A DNA stretch of 64,000 nt, taken from contig OX597828.1 in NCBI GenBank assembly GCA_951406725.2, positions 75,950,001 through 76,014,000 on the forward strand, given 5' to 3'. The notes below the pieces were generated by a model. The model was not told the origin of the DNA and searched no databases. It worked only from the letters and a program-made list of their open reading frames with translations. This DNA is from Octopus vulgaris. Lineage: Eukaryota. This document shows, in pieces, positions 45,379 to 59,793 of this stretch. The first letter of the stretch is position 1. Each line of letters starts with the position of its first letter. The translations under genes and the position numbers were made by a program.

Positions 45379-45863
45379 TATGTCAAGGAAATATATAGTG
45401 TGTAGAGTGTGGCATATGTTGTGTATATAGACAATGTGAAGTGCAGAGTATACAAATTGTGTAAGGATTGTGTTGTGTTTAGACTATGAATTAAGTAGGA
45501 TATACATAGCGCATGTGAGGTGTGGGATAAATGTAGAACTTGTGTTGTGTATCTTTTGTATTGAATAATATGCTGTACAAATTTTGTGAAGAACGTGTAA
45601 TTTTGAAGGCAGACTGCAGAACATGTGTCGCGTAAGTTGTGTTTATACCATATTCTGCGTGGGTTATGTTTTTATTATTGGTTAGAAATTGTGTAAATTC
45701 GAGTTCTTGGTCATATATGCCATGCATTATTGTATTGGATGTCGACTATTAATTATCATTATTATTATTATATTTATTATTATTATTATTATATTTATTA
45801 TTATTATTATTATATTTATTATTATTATTATTATTATTGTTATTGTTGTTGTTGTTGTTGTTG

Positions 45864-45904
<41 letters not shown>

Positions 45905-46445
45905 GTTGTTGTTGTTGTTGTTATTGACAAAGTCAGTAGGTATAGCATTTTGTTTTTTACTCTCACTATATGATGTTCAAAAATTCATGTTTAATTTCTT
46001 CCTGCCTAAACTGAGAATAAAGTTATCAAGTGAAGAGGGTTTTGTCTGTTGTAGAAAAAATCAAATATTTAATAATGTGTTATATGAAAATCGATCAAAG
46101 ACTTTGATCTTCATATAAATCTTACCATTTTCATAATTGTTGTAGTTGTTGCTATTAACGTTATTAATATTATTGTAGCTCATGCTTTTCCTGCTGTTAT
46201 CAGTGTTCATAGTATTACTGTTACGATTATCATTGCCATTATTGTTATTATTATTGTTATTGTTATTATTGTTTGTTGTTGTTGTCTTTGCTGTTGTTGT
46301 TGTTATTTCCCTCGTTGATGACATTGTTACTGTTCTTGTTTTTTGTTCGAGTCTTTGAACAACATTAAAAGACTACAAATGTGGTAACAAGCCGTTACAG
46401 AGCTGCAAACACATTGACTGAAAAAACCTCAAACAACAATATATG

Positions 46446-46490
<45 letters not shown>

Positions 46491-46802
46491 ATGTGTGTGT
46501 GTGTATGTGTGTGTGTGTGTACGTTTTATATATATATATATATATGTATATATATGCATATAAATATGTATATATGCATATATATATATATATAAATACA
46601 TGTATATATACATGCATACACATATATACATATATACATATATACATATATGCGTATTTATGTGTATATATACATATAAATACGTATATTGTATTGATAT
46701 ACACATAAACAGATATATATATATATACATATGTATGGATATATATATGTGTATATATATGTGTATGTATATATATATATATTTAAATATCTAAATATTT
46801 AA

Positions 46803-46860
<58 letters not shown>

Positions 46861-47359
46861 ACTTTCACATATATATTCTCCCAAACCGTTTTAAACGGCA
46901 CATATATGATAAAAACCTAGCAAGCTTGTTTGGGAGGAGGACGTTGTATTTATAGGCACAAATATGTATTTGTGTTTATGGTAACTGATTTCTGCTAAAT
47001 CCCCTGCAAATACCTAAACCACAAATAAAAACGAAAGCGAAAGTACGAGTTTAGTTATTTACTGGAGTTTAAAACCATATCTATCGATTTTGAACTGAAT
47101 CACCATTGAGATAACATGATAATTACACAGTTTGTTAATGCATATATAAACTTGCGCGCGCGACTGTGTTTGTGTGCGTAAGCTGTTGTTGTGAGCGTGC
47201 GCATTTCTGTGTGCGTGTGTGCGTGTGTGTGCGGGTGTGTATTTGTGTGTTTGTGCGGGTTCATGTATCTGGTTATTCGTGTGTGTTTGTACGTATGTAT
47301 GTATGGAGATGTACACATATTAAACTTGATTATTGATGCATTCAATTTTTGCACATACA

Positions 47360-47454
<95 letters not shown>

Positions 47455-49129
47455 GTATATATACAGAGACAGAGAGAGGGGGAGAGAGAGACAAACAGAC
47501 AGAGAGACAGAGAGAGAAAAAGCGAGAGAAAGAAACGCGTCGTTTTAGTGTTTGCTTTAGTGTTTAGTTCTTTGTGTGGTCATGCAGTTAAGCGTACAAC
47601 AAATGATCACGTGCTACTTATATCAAAGATCTTAGACTTGAAGCCTCATCACTACAAAGCCTCCGGGAATGACTGAATTGAAAATATGTTATGACACCTT
47701 CTGCATACAAAACGTATAGTAAAGTAGGACACATAACATTACTTTTAAACATCAATGATTCGTACTATCTATTGAAGTTCATTCTTGTCACTATTTCTTT
47801 GATTCAGAAAAAGAAAAGATATGCTAATGTAATATGTAATATAATCAAATTTAATTCAATGGAATATTATATATATATATATGTATATATATATTATTTC
47901 ATGTTATTTTATATGATATATGTATGCTTGAGGGTATTTTAAGCTAAAGAATATTTAAAATTTTCTTAAGATGTTTTTGAAAAAGGTCTCTTTTCATTTT
48001 AGAATGTTTCAACTCTTAACGTAGCCTTAAGTAATTCGTATCCGGTTGACCCGCTGAGAATTGATCTCCCTTATAATTCAGTTAGAAAGCCTTCCTTACT
48101 TTCAAGTGCAACGTAATATTTATAAAGTATAACTCCTTTTTTAACGAAAAATAGTTAATAATTTTACTACACTTAGCTACGAAGGAGAACAACAATCGCG
48201 ATCTCGGATGAAAAGAAAAGCCTAAATGTTCTGAAAAGGAGAGTTACTTGAGCACAAAAACAGTACATAGATGAAGCTTAATACAGCGAGACATTTGTGA
48301 GAAAATTGCAAAACAAGTATCATTGTGAACAGAGCGTAATTCAAGCGCAGTTACTTTATCCACGTATTTACCATCAGGATTAAGGACATGGGTCGGCATT
48401 GCTCTCTCCAAGAACAGGAAATGGCAGATTGATGTTTCAACTCTGCCCTTATAACATAAATAATCTAAACGCATAAAGGATTCCAAAAATGCCAACTTTG
48501 CATCACAGAAAATGAAGGAAATCTTAAACCAGGAATCCAATATGATAAGAAAGAGATTATGTCTAAATGTTACCATGGTAATAATTCTTAATTTTCAAAC
48601 TGAAAGACCTAACATGGTGTTACTCATAACATGCTAAAAATCATAAAATAAGAAAGAGAGACAAGCAGACAGATAAACATATATAATATTCATGTTCTTT
48701 TGGTGTTAGACATCAGGAGGAAAGCAGTCACGATGTTTGAAAATATATATTTGTTTGCGGACAGTAGAAAAAGGCCAAAGAAGAAAAGACAAAAGTAGAA
48801 AATCGCCAAAAATGGAGAATAAGTTATATTTAAGGATTCATAACAACTCTACTGAATCGTTTGAGTGCTATTTACACGGAAGGCAGTGTATGTGTACAAA
48901 TGACAAATACACACACATATGCGTACAAATATCAAGCACTCACACGCATATTCATATATATATATATATTTATATATGCATGTGTGCACATGTGTTTTAC
49001 CTATGCAAATGCGAATTGAAAGTTTTATATACGATCATATATAGAATTGGGTTATTGCATCGGTGAAAGCAGATTCGGTGGCATAGAAAACTGATTTGGA
49101 AAATGATTGACTGAGATAGATACATAGTG

Positions 49130-49223
<94 letters not shown>

Positions 49224-49569
49224 TGGAGAAAGAGGCAGTAAAGGGAATAGGAGGCGAGGAGTTAAACGAGATTGATCGAAATATAGAGTAGTGAACCAAA
49301 TCACCTTATGTATATATATATGTTTGTATGTATTATTTGATGTACGCAGTACATAGTTATGAGCTACATGTAGTCTCATAAATTGGAAGTGTCGTATAGT
49401 CACGTTTTAAGGACACGCCTAGTGTCTCCAGGTAAGCTTTACCTGTGTTTGGGTTAAATTCGACAGCTTTCAAAAGAAAACACAATATTCCAACCAAAAT
49501 TAAAATATTTCAAAAAAAAAGAAAGATAATCACCCAGATTATGAGTAGTGAGTAACGGTTTATACAAAG

Positions 49570-49800
49570 CAGAACCTTTCACCTTCAACCAGGCCCTCGG
49601 GACAGTTCTAGTGCGTGCGTTCCTCACTGTGCCCTAAGGGATATCTTTGTACCCCTCCTTGATTTTGGCCACGATCTCTGCGTTGCCTCCTACAAAAAAA
49701 GGGGTTGGTTACTTTCTGAACTGCAACCCACACATGGTGATCTATGGGGTTAAAATAGTAGGGATTATGAGTCCAGTAATCGGGGCGGGCGAGAGTCACT
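49570..49800 (-). pseudogene. Tc1/mariner-superfamily transposase C-terminal fragment
   Basis: PDYWTHNPYYFNPIDHHVWVAVQK (WPPNSPDLNPLDY.VW motif), then IVAKIKE...TVRNA in a shifted frame. Confidence 0.65.
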
Positions 49801-49844
49801 TCTACTACTTTTCTGTTCTATATTTTTGAGATGAGGAGTTCTGT

Positions 49845-49995
49845 ACATTATTTACATTATTTACATTGGACGGATATTTGTCCACCTCTTGTGTATTGTT
49901 ACCACCACGTTTCGGCTGATTTACTCTCCGCCTTCATCGGGTGTCCTCGGAGAATTTTGAACCAAACCCTACCTTCTCCTTCCTAAGTTATTTCT
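49845..49995 (-). mobile_element. Short PLE-like terminal repeat with HHR motif (49902-49944)
   Basis: CAC-CCGAUGA-A-GGCGGA...UCAGCC-GAAA-CG-UG-GUG. The cleavage triplet is GUG, which is non-permissive. Confidence 0.55.
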
Positions 49996-50007
49996 TTTTT
50001 TGCTGAT

Positions 50008-50078
<71 letters not shown>

Positions 50079-50079
50079 T

Positions 50080-50322
50080 TCTACTTTAGCCACAAGGCCC
50101 GAAGTTTTGATCGACCCCAGTACGCAGCTGGTACTTAGTTTATCGACCCCGAAAGGATGAAAGGCAAAGTCGACCTCGGCGGAATTTGAACTCAGAACGT
50201 AACGGTAGACGAAATACGGCTACGCAATTCGCCCGGTGTGCCAACGCCTCTGCCAGCTCGTCGCCGTCAAGCGAAATACCGTCAAGCATTTCGCCTGACA
50301 CGAAATGCCAGCTCGTCGCCTG
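50080..50322 (-). mobile_element. Family D SINE with duplicated head segment, next to (TTA)n
   Basis: Nin-like domain at 50143-50200. CGAAATAC...TTCGCC...TGCCAGCTCGTCGCC occurs twice. Confidence 0.8.
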
Positions 50323-51318
50323 AATGACCTTGTATTATGGCAAAATATGTGAACTGGAAAAGGTAAAATTTCGAAAATACAAAATGCGGGAGTTTAGATG
50401 CAGATATTTGAACTGTAGAAATGAAATGCTAAAATGTACATAAAATTTGAATGCAATGATTATAGGTAAATAGGTGTGTGTAAGTCTAGAACTAGAAATA
50501 GGCAAAATGGAACGCTACAAAATTACTTAGATACTAAAGTACAACCTACGAATTAGTAAATTATCGAAATTTAAATTACATATAGCACACTACAACATAT
50601 AAAATCAAATTCAAATCAAATTTCTCGAGGTGGAATATTATAAAATTATAAAATTGCTCAATGTGCGGTTCTATCAAATGACAATAATTTTTAAATTACA
50701 GACAAAGATGCAGACGACACAAGGATTAAGGATAATGCTGCAAACGAAATTTGTATCAGTATTTTGACGAGGCGTAAGTGCACCATTGCAAAATGTAGGG
50801 TCTAAAAATAGGTGGATGTAATTTGTTTGAATTAAAGATAGATTGATAAAGAGATAGGCAGATGGCTAAATAGGTAAAGAGATATCTGGATAGGAAAATC
50901 GAGAGATACATATGTAAGGAATACATAGTTAGAAAGAGAAAGAAATAGGGTTACATAGAAAGATGAATGTCACGACACAGACATATACACACATATACAT
51001 ACACACACGCACACACACACATTTACAGCGGGAAGGAAGCAGCGTGTGAGAGTGTTTGGTGGCTAAAGCGATGTTATTACTTTCAAAACGAAAGTAATTC
51101 ACTTTCTGATCGAGATGAATGTAAAATAAATTCTCTCTTGTGCTGTTGCGGGATGTGTACGAAACGGATGAACAGCAAAGAGCACAACAGAAGACGAGTG
51201 GGCTGTAAATTTGATACACAAAGACACATATGTATATATTCGCTTCTAGATATATATATATATGAGCACGCGACAACAGAAATACACACACACACATACA
51301 TAAATACAGACTTACGCA

Positions 51319-51377
<59 letters not shown>

Positions 51378-51544
51378 ACACTTATGTACATTCTTAATGT
51401 TAAACTATCCACGTATACATGCGTAACTATGGCGTTTCATTTTCTCGTTATATTTTTTTCATTTCCTCACCACAAGCTATAATAAAATAGCTCTGCTAAA
51501 TATAAAATAAGAATACTCTTTTTTTTTTACTTTAGAGACACACG

Positions 51545-51618
<74 letters not shown>

Positions 51619-52330
51619 AATATATATATATCAACGGACACAGGCACACTCATACATATACCATATATCCACACGTAAGTACTCAGATGGATACAAAGTA
51701 GAGAAGCATAAACCAAAGAATATATATATATAAATATAGGTGTATATGTGTGTGTGATTAAGTCCATGTGTGCAATTGTTTCTGTTTAGTTATTTTTGTA
51801 TGAATACAATATATTTCAATTTGACGTCGTTGGACATAAATACATACTCACACGCACACACGCACACACACACACACACACACACGCACTCGCACATACA
51901 TACATATGTGATTATGTATGACGCGTGTATGTGCGTGTGTACATGAAAATTCGTATGTGATACGTCTACTTCAATTATACCTCTTGACTGCCTAGGTCCC
52001 TATGGACATGTGAGTGCGAGTGAGCTTCGCTCAAATGTTTATCAAATTTATTATACACCTCCACACTCACATACATACACATGAATTCGCACACCCGCAT
52101 ACACACACATCATACACATCATACACATATATATAATTGTAAACACAAAAACACGATGCGCATACATAACTACACACAGCCACTATCATATATACATATG
52201 TGCACATGTACTCACGCACACACACATGTGACACACGTATATAAACTGATGTATCTCCGGCCGTATTAAAAGAAAACCATACATGCAAACATAAACGTTA
52301 ATATACAAAAACATGCATATATACACATAA

Positions 52331-52367
<37 letters not shown>

Positions 52368-52759
52368 AGCCAAAGTTTATATGTATATATACATCTACCT
52401 ATATACTAACGTAACTACCTACTTACCTACCTACCTACCTCCATATATTCATACACACGTTCGTACATACATACATACATACATAGATTTAATAGAATTT
52501 CAGCAATCTATTGTTAAAGTAAGTCCCGCAGATGCAGAAATCAACATATGTAATATTTTCTTTTGACATAACGAAACGAAAATAAAAGTCTTTAGTAGAA
52601 AGCCACCATATCTTGTACAATTGTTTCCATATCTATATTTTCTTAGATCTTATTAAATTTTCTGTACACGTAACTGGCTTCTAAGTGAACAAAAAACGTT
52701 ATGCCGGACACAATATGTCTCTCTTTTGGAAAGAAGCAGGAAGCTATTTAGTCGAAATA

Positions 52760-52822
<63 letters not shown>

Positions 52823-52920
52823 GTGTCTGTATGTGTGTACGTAAATATATACATATATATATGTGTATGTGTATTAATATGTATACCTATTCACACGCAT
52901 GCACTCGAACGTACGCATGC

Positions 52921-52981
<61 letters not shown>

Positions 52982-53167
52982 ATGTATGTATGTATGAATG
53001 CATGTATATACGTATAAATAGATATAGTTTTGGTTTTACATCATAACGTGACTATATATGTATATATGTATGTACAAATAATTCTATAAATCTAAATGCG
53101 CATTTACATATAAAGTATGTATGTATATACAGAATATGAAAATTTATAGAATACCAATGTGCATATG

Positions 53168-53229
<62 letters not shown>

Positions 53230-53869
53230 GTGTGTGTGTGTATGTGTATATATATATGTATGTATATATACATACATATATCAATGTGCACAATTATGAA
53301 CACACACACATGCATCTATATGTTGACTCAGAAAGAGAGAATTTACCTCTGAAATGTGTGGGTCTTTTTTTTTTCTAAATGCGTATAAAAACACACATAA
53401 TAGTCACACACAACACATAACTCCGGTTTGGGAAAAACAAACATTTTTGTCTTCTTTTTTATGATTAAATCAACACTCTGCCGGCAAAGAACACAAAGAA
53501 ATAACTTCGTTTTATTATTGATTTCTTTGTGTATTACTTGAAAATATTTGTGTTTTTACCATTTTCGCTCTTGCCATCAGTTCCATTAATATTATACATT
53601 GGTGTTTAGGTGTTGCAAGAGTAAAATATTAAAATATTAACAAGTTGTTTGGGTAAGTCGACTCAGCAGAATAATAAGGAGGAACAGACAAACAACAGAA
53701 CGGAATATAACAAAGTAATTACAGCCAGAATGCCTGCATCGCCTTCTACAAAGCGAAAGCAATGCTTTGATACATGCACACACACACACACATATATATA
53801 TATGTATATATGTATGTATATATATATATGTACTTATGCATACACACACACACACATACAAACACACAT

Positions 53870-53922
<53 letters not shown>

Positions 53923-53923
<1 letters not shown>

Positions 53924-54247
53924 GCAGGAGTAGCTGTGTAGTAAGGAGCTTGTTTCCCAACGACATGGTTCCAAGTTCAGTGCCACTATGTGGCACCTTG
54001 ACAGCTATGCTGCGCTATATCCTGGGACCGACTATAGAATTGGTCGGCGAAAACTGAAAGAAACCCCGTCGTATATGTATATATAAGTATGTATTTGGAT
54101 GTCTGTGTTTGTGCCCCAACCTACTATCGCTTGGCAACAGATGTTGGTCGATGGACAAAAAATAGGTCCTCGGGTAGATTTGTTTGACTAAATGCGGTGC
54201 TCTAGTATTCCCGCAGTCATATGACTGAAACAAAGAAAAGAATCAAG

Positions 54248-54324
<77 letters not shown>

Positions 54325-54490
54325 AGCGCATGAGTAGCTGTGTGGTATGTAGTTTGCTTACCAGCCTCATGGTTCCGGGTTCAGTCCCACTGCGTGGCAC
54401 TTTAGGCAGTTGTCTTCTATTACAGTCTCGGGCCGACCAATGTATTTTGAGTGGATTTTGTAGACGGAAACTTAAAGAAGCCCGTCGCAT
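53923..54490 (+). mobile_element. Two family A SINEs (53923-54245 decayed; 54325-54490 5' half only)
   Basis: Heads GAGTAGCTGTGT(A/G)GTA..., bodies align to the 44233 copy. Confidence 0.8.
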
Positions 54491-54519
54491 ATGTATGTAT
54501 ATATATATATATATATATA

Positions 54520-55260
54520 TAATACAAATTGAGATAGGGGTTGTAAATGCAACCCTCCATGGGATAACATATATCCAATATACTGCTAGTGAAATACCCA
54601 ACAAAGTTAATACATAAATGTTAATGATTGTGATGCAATCAATTCATTTAGTGTATTATATGGGCAAAGGTAAAATGATTTACCACAAATTACTAATACA
54701 AAGATAAGAAAATGGAGAAATACATCTAAATCAAATATCAATTACCAGATAATACTCAATCACATAATTTATTAAACCACCACATAAGAGACTGTAGGGT
54801 TAAATATAAAAAGCAGAACAAATCAGTGTACATAAAGGAACGTACATAAAAAAGTGTACATAAAAGAGTAATGTTGTATAATAAGTAGAATATATATAAA
54901 AGAGAATATAAATATAAGTAAATATAAATATAAGTATAGATTACATCTTACAGCTGTTTCGGCCATGTAGATAAGTATGTTTCATTTTACCAATATTAGC
55001 CTTTTATGGTAGATCAATATATAGATATAAATGAGACATTTACAAAGATATCATAATGCCTCTTCGGAGATTATGTAATATAAATCAGTCTACATATATT
55101 ATACCCACATGGGTGTGGGTGCATACCCATAATACAACATATACATATACATATGAGTGCCTATACTCACACTCTTATACATATAAAAATATACATATAC
55201 ATAATGATATAAATAAATAATATAAATATGTTTACTAATTTATAAATAATAAATAGTAAA
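54520..55260 (-). mobile_element. AT-rich PLE-like terminal region ending at (TA)n
   Basis: Carries the HHR at 54945-55071 and starts where the preceding SINE's internal TA tract ends. Right boundary is approximate. Confidence 0.5.
54945..55071 (-). ncRNA. Type-I hammerhead ribozyme motif with long helix II insert
   Basis: AUCU-CCGAAGA-GGC(~94 nt)GCC-GAAA-CAGCUG-UA-AGAU. Confidence 0.65.
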
Positions 55261-56429
55261 CCTAATCGAGTGAATGTCTAGAGAGAAAGCTGGGTATTTT
55301 CTGCGTTCACATATACATGCATCAGTGTGTTGTTATATATGTCTATATATGCGTGCATTTTGCATGTCTAATTACAAGATAAACTCCATTAAAGTCGACT
55401 TTAGCTTTCGTCCTATTGCAGTCGATGAAATGGGTACCAGTTGGGCATTGTTACAACATCGATCCTTCTCCGAAGTTGCTGGATTTACGCCTAGATCCCA
55501 ATGTTTTACATAGTTTATATATTTCTATTATGGTTTTGTCACAATTTTCAATGTTAATTGCCTTTTTTGATTACGTTTAAAGGGTATTCATTTGACTGCA
55601 CCGCGACCCCGCCTGACAAGGTCATATACAATCATGTATGTGTATCTCTTTTGGCGTGTGCGTGTTTGTGTGTGCGATGAAAGCGGGTTGTGTAATCTCC
55701 CTCGCCCTTTATGTACAGATTCACTCAATCAACTTCTAGAAATTCCTGTATTTTTATCCAGATATCGTGATCATCTCTAGGTTTGGAATTATGGAACTTC
55801 GCTTTTTGTCGAATACTCCAATTCCCAACATAACTTGATCAATGCCAATTGGCACCCATCCTCTTGTTACACTAATATTAGGTAGAAATAGAAAAGTGGT
55901 CTGATTATTAGATTTCCAAGCTTATCATTAAAGTTCTGTATTTAGTTTTTGTCAATTTTTGGTTTTTGTAATTTTCTCATCACGCTCATGTCAAGTGTGC
56001 ATCTTCTTTTTGTATGATTTTGGTTAATATTTTTCTCATGTTCTTAGAATCTTGTTTTTGTCCATCGGTCTCTATATGTTCAATTTGTGCCATTTTTTCC
56101 TATCCCCACAATACTCCACATTGATCTGTTTAACATATCTGGCCTCAAGGAAATGCAATATCTCCAGGACACTTTCTTCCCTGTTGTTAATATTTTCATC
56201 AATAATTCTCTCGGCTGGACATGTTGCTTCAGATTACAACCAGGTCTCCTGGTATGTTTATACAGATTCAAGGACAAATTGAATGTATCGCTTCTTGTGT
56301 ATATCTATGTGCCTGTATGTGTGTCTATATATGAATATGTATATATATATGTGTGTGCCTATGTGTGTATATATATATGCATGCGTGTGTGTCTATATAT
56401 GAATATGTATATATATATATGTGTGTGCC

Positions 56430-56460
<31 letters not shown>

Positions 56461-57524
56461 GCATGCGTGTGTGTATGTGTGCCTGTATGTGCGTGCGCAT
56501 TGTTTTTGTATTTGAATATTGTCCTCGCTTTCTCTGCGTGATAAATATAAACCGTCAACTTCCCCACCGACGTTGAAATCTTACAGCAACGCTGATTAAT
56601 TTCCAAGTTATTACATCCATCTTGTTAAGGTGTTGGACCAGATCAGAATGCTAAATAGATGTGTTAGGACTTTCACTGAGAAAGGAGTGTTGTGAGGGAT
56701 GCTCGTGAAGTCTGAAAGTTCTAATGAGCGATTTTCTTTATTCTCTTCGAGCATTCACTTGTTGTCCTCACTTTCTCAATGGCTCCATCCTTTGTGACAT
56801 CTTTATAATTTCCACGGTACGTCTAGTCCTCGTTACATTAAAAAAAAGCTCCGATCCGGCCAGCCCCAAGGAAAAACTAAGCTACGAGCATTAGATTTCT
56901 TGGAAGAAGGATCGAATGTATACGAAACAGGGACAGAAAAACGGACGATGCCACACGAATATAAAATACAAAAAACAATAATGTTAAAAACAGGACAAAA
57001 ACAGCAGGTGTCTTACGACTAATTGGAAGGTTTGGAGATGATGTACAGGTATTTTATATTAGAAGAAATGAGATACTCAGAAATTCGGATTGTTTTATAT
57101 TTACAGATATTTATTTGTATATTACATGTTTTTATACATCATATAATTAAGATATATTAGCGCTTTCTCCCATTCTAGTGGGGTTTTCAAATCACATACA
57201 CACCGACACATATAGATACACACAACATATACCTCCACGCGCACGCACACATACACATACGTACACACATATAAGCACAGACACACACATACATACGCAC
57301 ACCAAAACATGCGCACACATACGCACGCACACATACATACATGCACACAATTATACATATACGCACATATAAGCACACACACACCCACATACACTTAGTT
57401 AAGCACAATTACTCGCCATACACACAAAAAAACGCACACGCACACACACACATACTACAACAAAACACACACACGAGACATATACACGCACACACACATT
57501 CCTTCCTGTTTCTGACCTGTGACT

Positions 57525-57905
57525 CGCTACTGCTGCTTGCCACTAGCCTTCGCCCGCCATATACACACATACACTCACACGCACACACTCACACACACAC
57601 CCTTGTCTTCTCGCACACCGTTGTTTACCATTCCTTCTTTGATTCCGCTCTCCTGTCTTTGAAAACCTGCTCCCTCTTGTTTACCACTTCAGCCTTTTTA
57701 GTATGTGACCTCGTGAAGACCACTTGCATTTTTTTCCCTCTGTCCTCCCACCTCGGGATCTTTCTTTCTCCTATGTTTCCGACGAAGAGCTCCGCTCGAA
57801 ACGTCATACCCTCCTTCTTCCCTTTTTTCCTGAGCGCCCAATAATACTTTATTTGTTCCACATCCTCGCGTTGTTGTCTTTTTGTTTTCTTGTTTGGATT
57901 AACTT

Positions 57906-57908
<3 letters not shown>
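57525..57908 (+). mobile_element. PLE-like 3' region with minimal HHR (57775-57809)
   Basis: GUUU-CCGACGA-A-GAGC(UCC)GCUC-GAAA-CG-UC-AUAC. Downstream CCTGAGCGCC is shared with the Neptune-type fragment at 40270-41460. Ends at (TA)n. Confidence 0.7.
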
Positions 57909-57981
<73 letters not shown>

Positions 57982-57984
57982 TAG

Positions 57985-58264
57985 ATAGATAAATGAAAGG
58001 ATGGAGTCGAACGACGAATTAACAAAATTCCTTTATTTTCGACATATGTTTCGAAGACTGCACATTCTTAATTCCGATGGAATAAAGGGTGCATTATGCC
58101 GTCTTCTCATCAGGAAAGACAAGGAACTTGTGTCAGCATCATGATGAACAAAAAATGCAGCCTTTATTCCTTTGGAATTAAGAATATGCAGTCTTCGAAA
58201 CATGTGTCGAAAATAAAGGAATTTTGTTAAATCGTCGTTCGACTCCATTCTTTCATTTATCTAT
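57985..58264. repeat. Inverted repeat, ~111-bp arms (57985-58095 / 58154-58264), PLE-like
   Basis: Arms are reverse complements with several mismatches. Outer ends are at TA-rich sequence. Confidence 0.85.
58037..58117 (-). ncRNA. Canonical type-I hammerhead ribozyme
   Basis: UUUC-CUGAUGA-GAAGAC(42 nt)GUCUUC-GAAA-CAUAU-GUC-GAAA. All core nucleotides are present. Predicted cut between 58041 and 58040. Confidence 0.8.
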
Positions 58265-58406
58265 AGTAAAAAAACACACAATTTTCCACACGAAAGCACG
58301 TGATTTCTGCCCTTGGTATGTAGCTTCAACCGTGCCTTCTGACGTAAATTTGCTACCCGGGTATCGGTTAACCGAATTATCCATACTAGGATAATTCATT
58401 CAACTA

Positions 58407-58453
<47 letters not shown>

Positions 58454-59560
58454 ATGTATATATATATATATATGTATGTATATATATACATATACATATA
58501 TATATATATGAAACAACGCTATCTTCGCTTTGCAGAAGATGAAGCAGATAAGGTTTGAAAACAGTAATCGACTTACGAAGAATATTGCTGCAAACTAAAT
58601 ATGAAAGACTAACGAGGAAATATGAATAATCTTTAATAAAACAGATTAAACTCAACCGCCTTCGTGTTTTTAATATTGCATACTTAAAAGACTACTAGTT
58701 ATACATTTATACTCGTACATGCATATATATATATATATGAACGATAGTCTGTTGTGTGTCCAAATGTATGTATATTCACACATACACACACACATATATG
58801 TATGTACAGGCGATGCGAACCCACATTAATATTTACACCCATAGTCGACACCATACACACATACAAACTCATATTTGTGTGTGCGTATAGATTTGTGTGT
58901 GGAGTGGTTTGTATATTAAGTTATATCAATCGATATGAATCAATAATTATTTACCTCACGCACATATGATAACCAGTGTCAAACGCTTGCAATTCTGTAA
59001 TTAGATGAACGAATCAATCAATGCTTGATTAGCCTGATTAACTCCAGGGAATTATCAAAGCTACACTCAGTGAAGTGATTGAAAGTCAAAGATAGACTTA
59101 CTTTCCGATTTCAATATAGTCTGCTTCTATAAAACCTCGACCGTTATATTCGTCATGATGTTGAATGAGTCTAGTTACAGCAACATCACTCCAAATTATG
59201 CGGTTAAAAAAGGAACTTGAACATAGATTCAAAATTGTTGTAGTGTTGAGGAGTAAAAATTTTGACGTGAAGGTCTCAGTGATAAAATAGAAAAGACTAT
59301 TAGTGCAGGGTTAGTATTATATAATGACGACTCTGAATAGGAGCCAGGCAAGCGTGTTTTTCGCGGGATTTCAATTCATAGCATAATGTACCATAGCAAA
59401 ATTCTGACGTATTTGCAAGTCCGACATTGTAATTACTGTTGATTTTTTTTTATTGGTGAGATCTGTTATATTACAGAACATGGTAAAGAAGTAGTAATTT
59501 TTCCGGCTTATTTCTTTGGATACTGTGTAATTAGAGCTATATTATAGGGCATGTGCTACC

Positions 59561-59793
59561 TATTTCTTTATTACCCACAAGGGGCTAAACACAGAGGGGA
59601 CAAACAAGGACAGACATAGGTATTAAGTCGATTATATCGACCCCAGTGCGTAACTGGTACTTAATTTATCGACCCCGAAAGGATGAAAGGCAAAGTCGAC
59701 CTCGGCGGAATTTGAACTCACAACATAACGCAGACGAAATACCGTAAAGCATTTCACCCGGCGTGTTAACGTTTCTGCCAGCTCGCCGCCTTC
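59561..59793 (-). mobile_element. Full-length family D SINE with 19-bp target-site duplication
   Basis: TTATAGGGCATGTGCTACC at 59542-59560 and 59794-59812. Confidence 0.92.

Noticed and set aside
48244-48576. 110-aa minus-strand ORF with a possible donor ATG|GTAAAT
   Set aside because: No recognisable domain and a weak acceptor.
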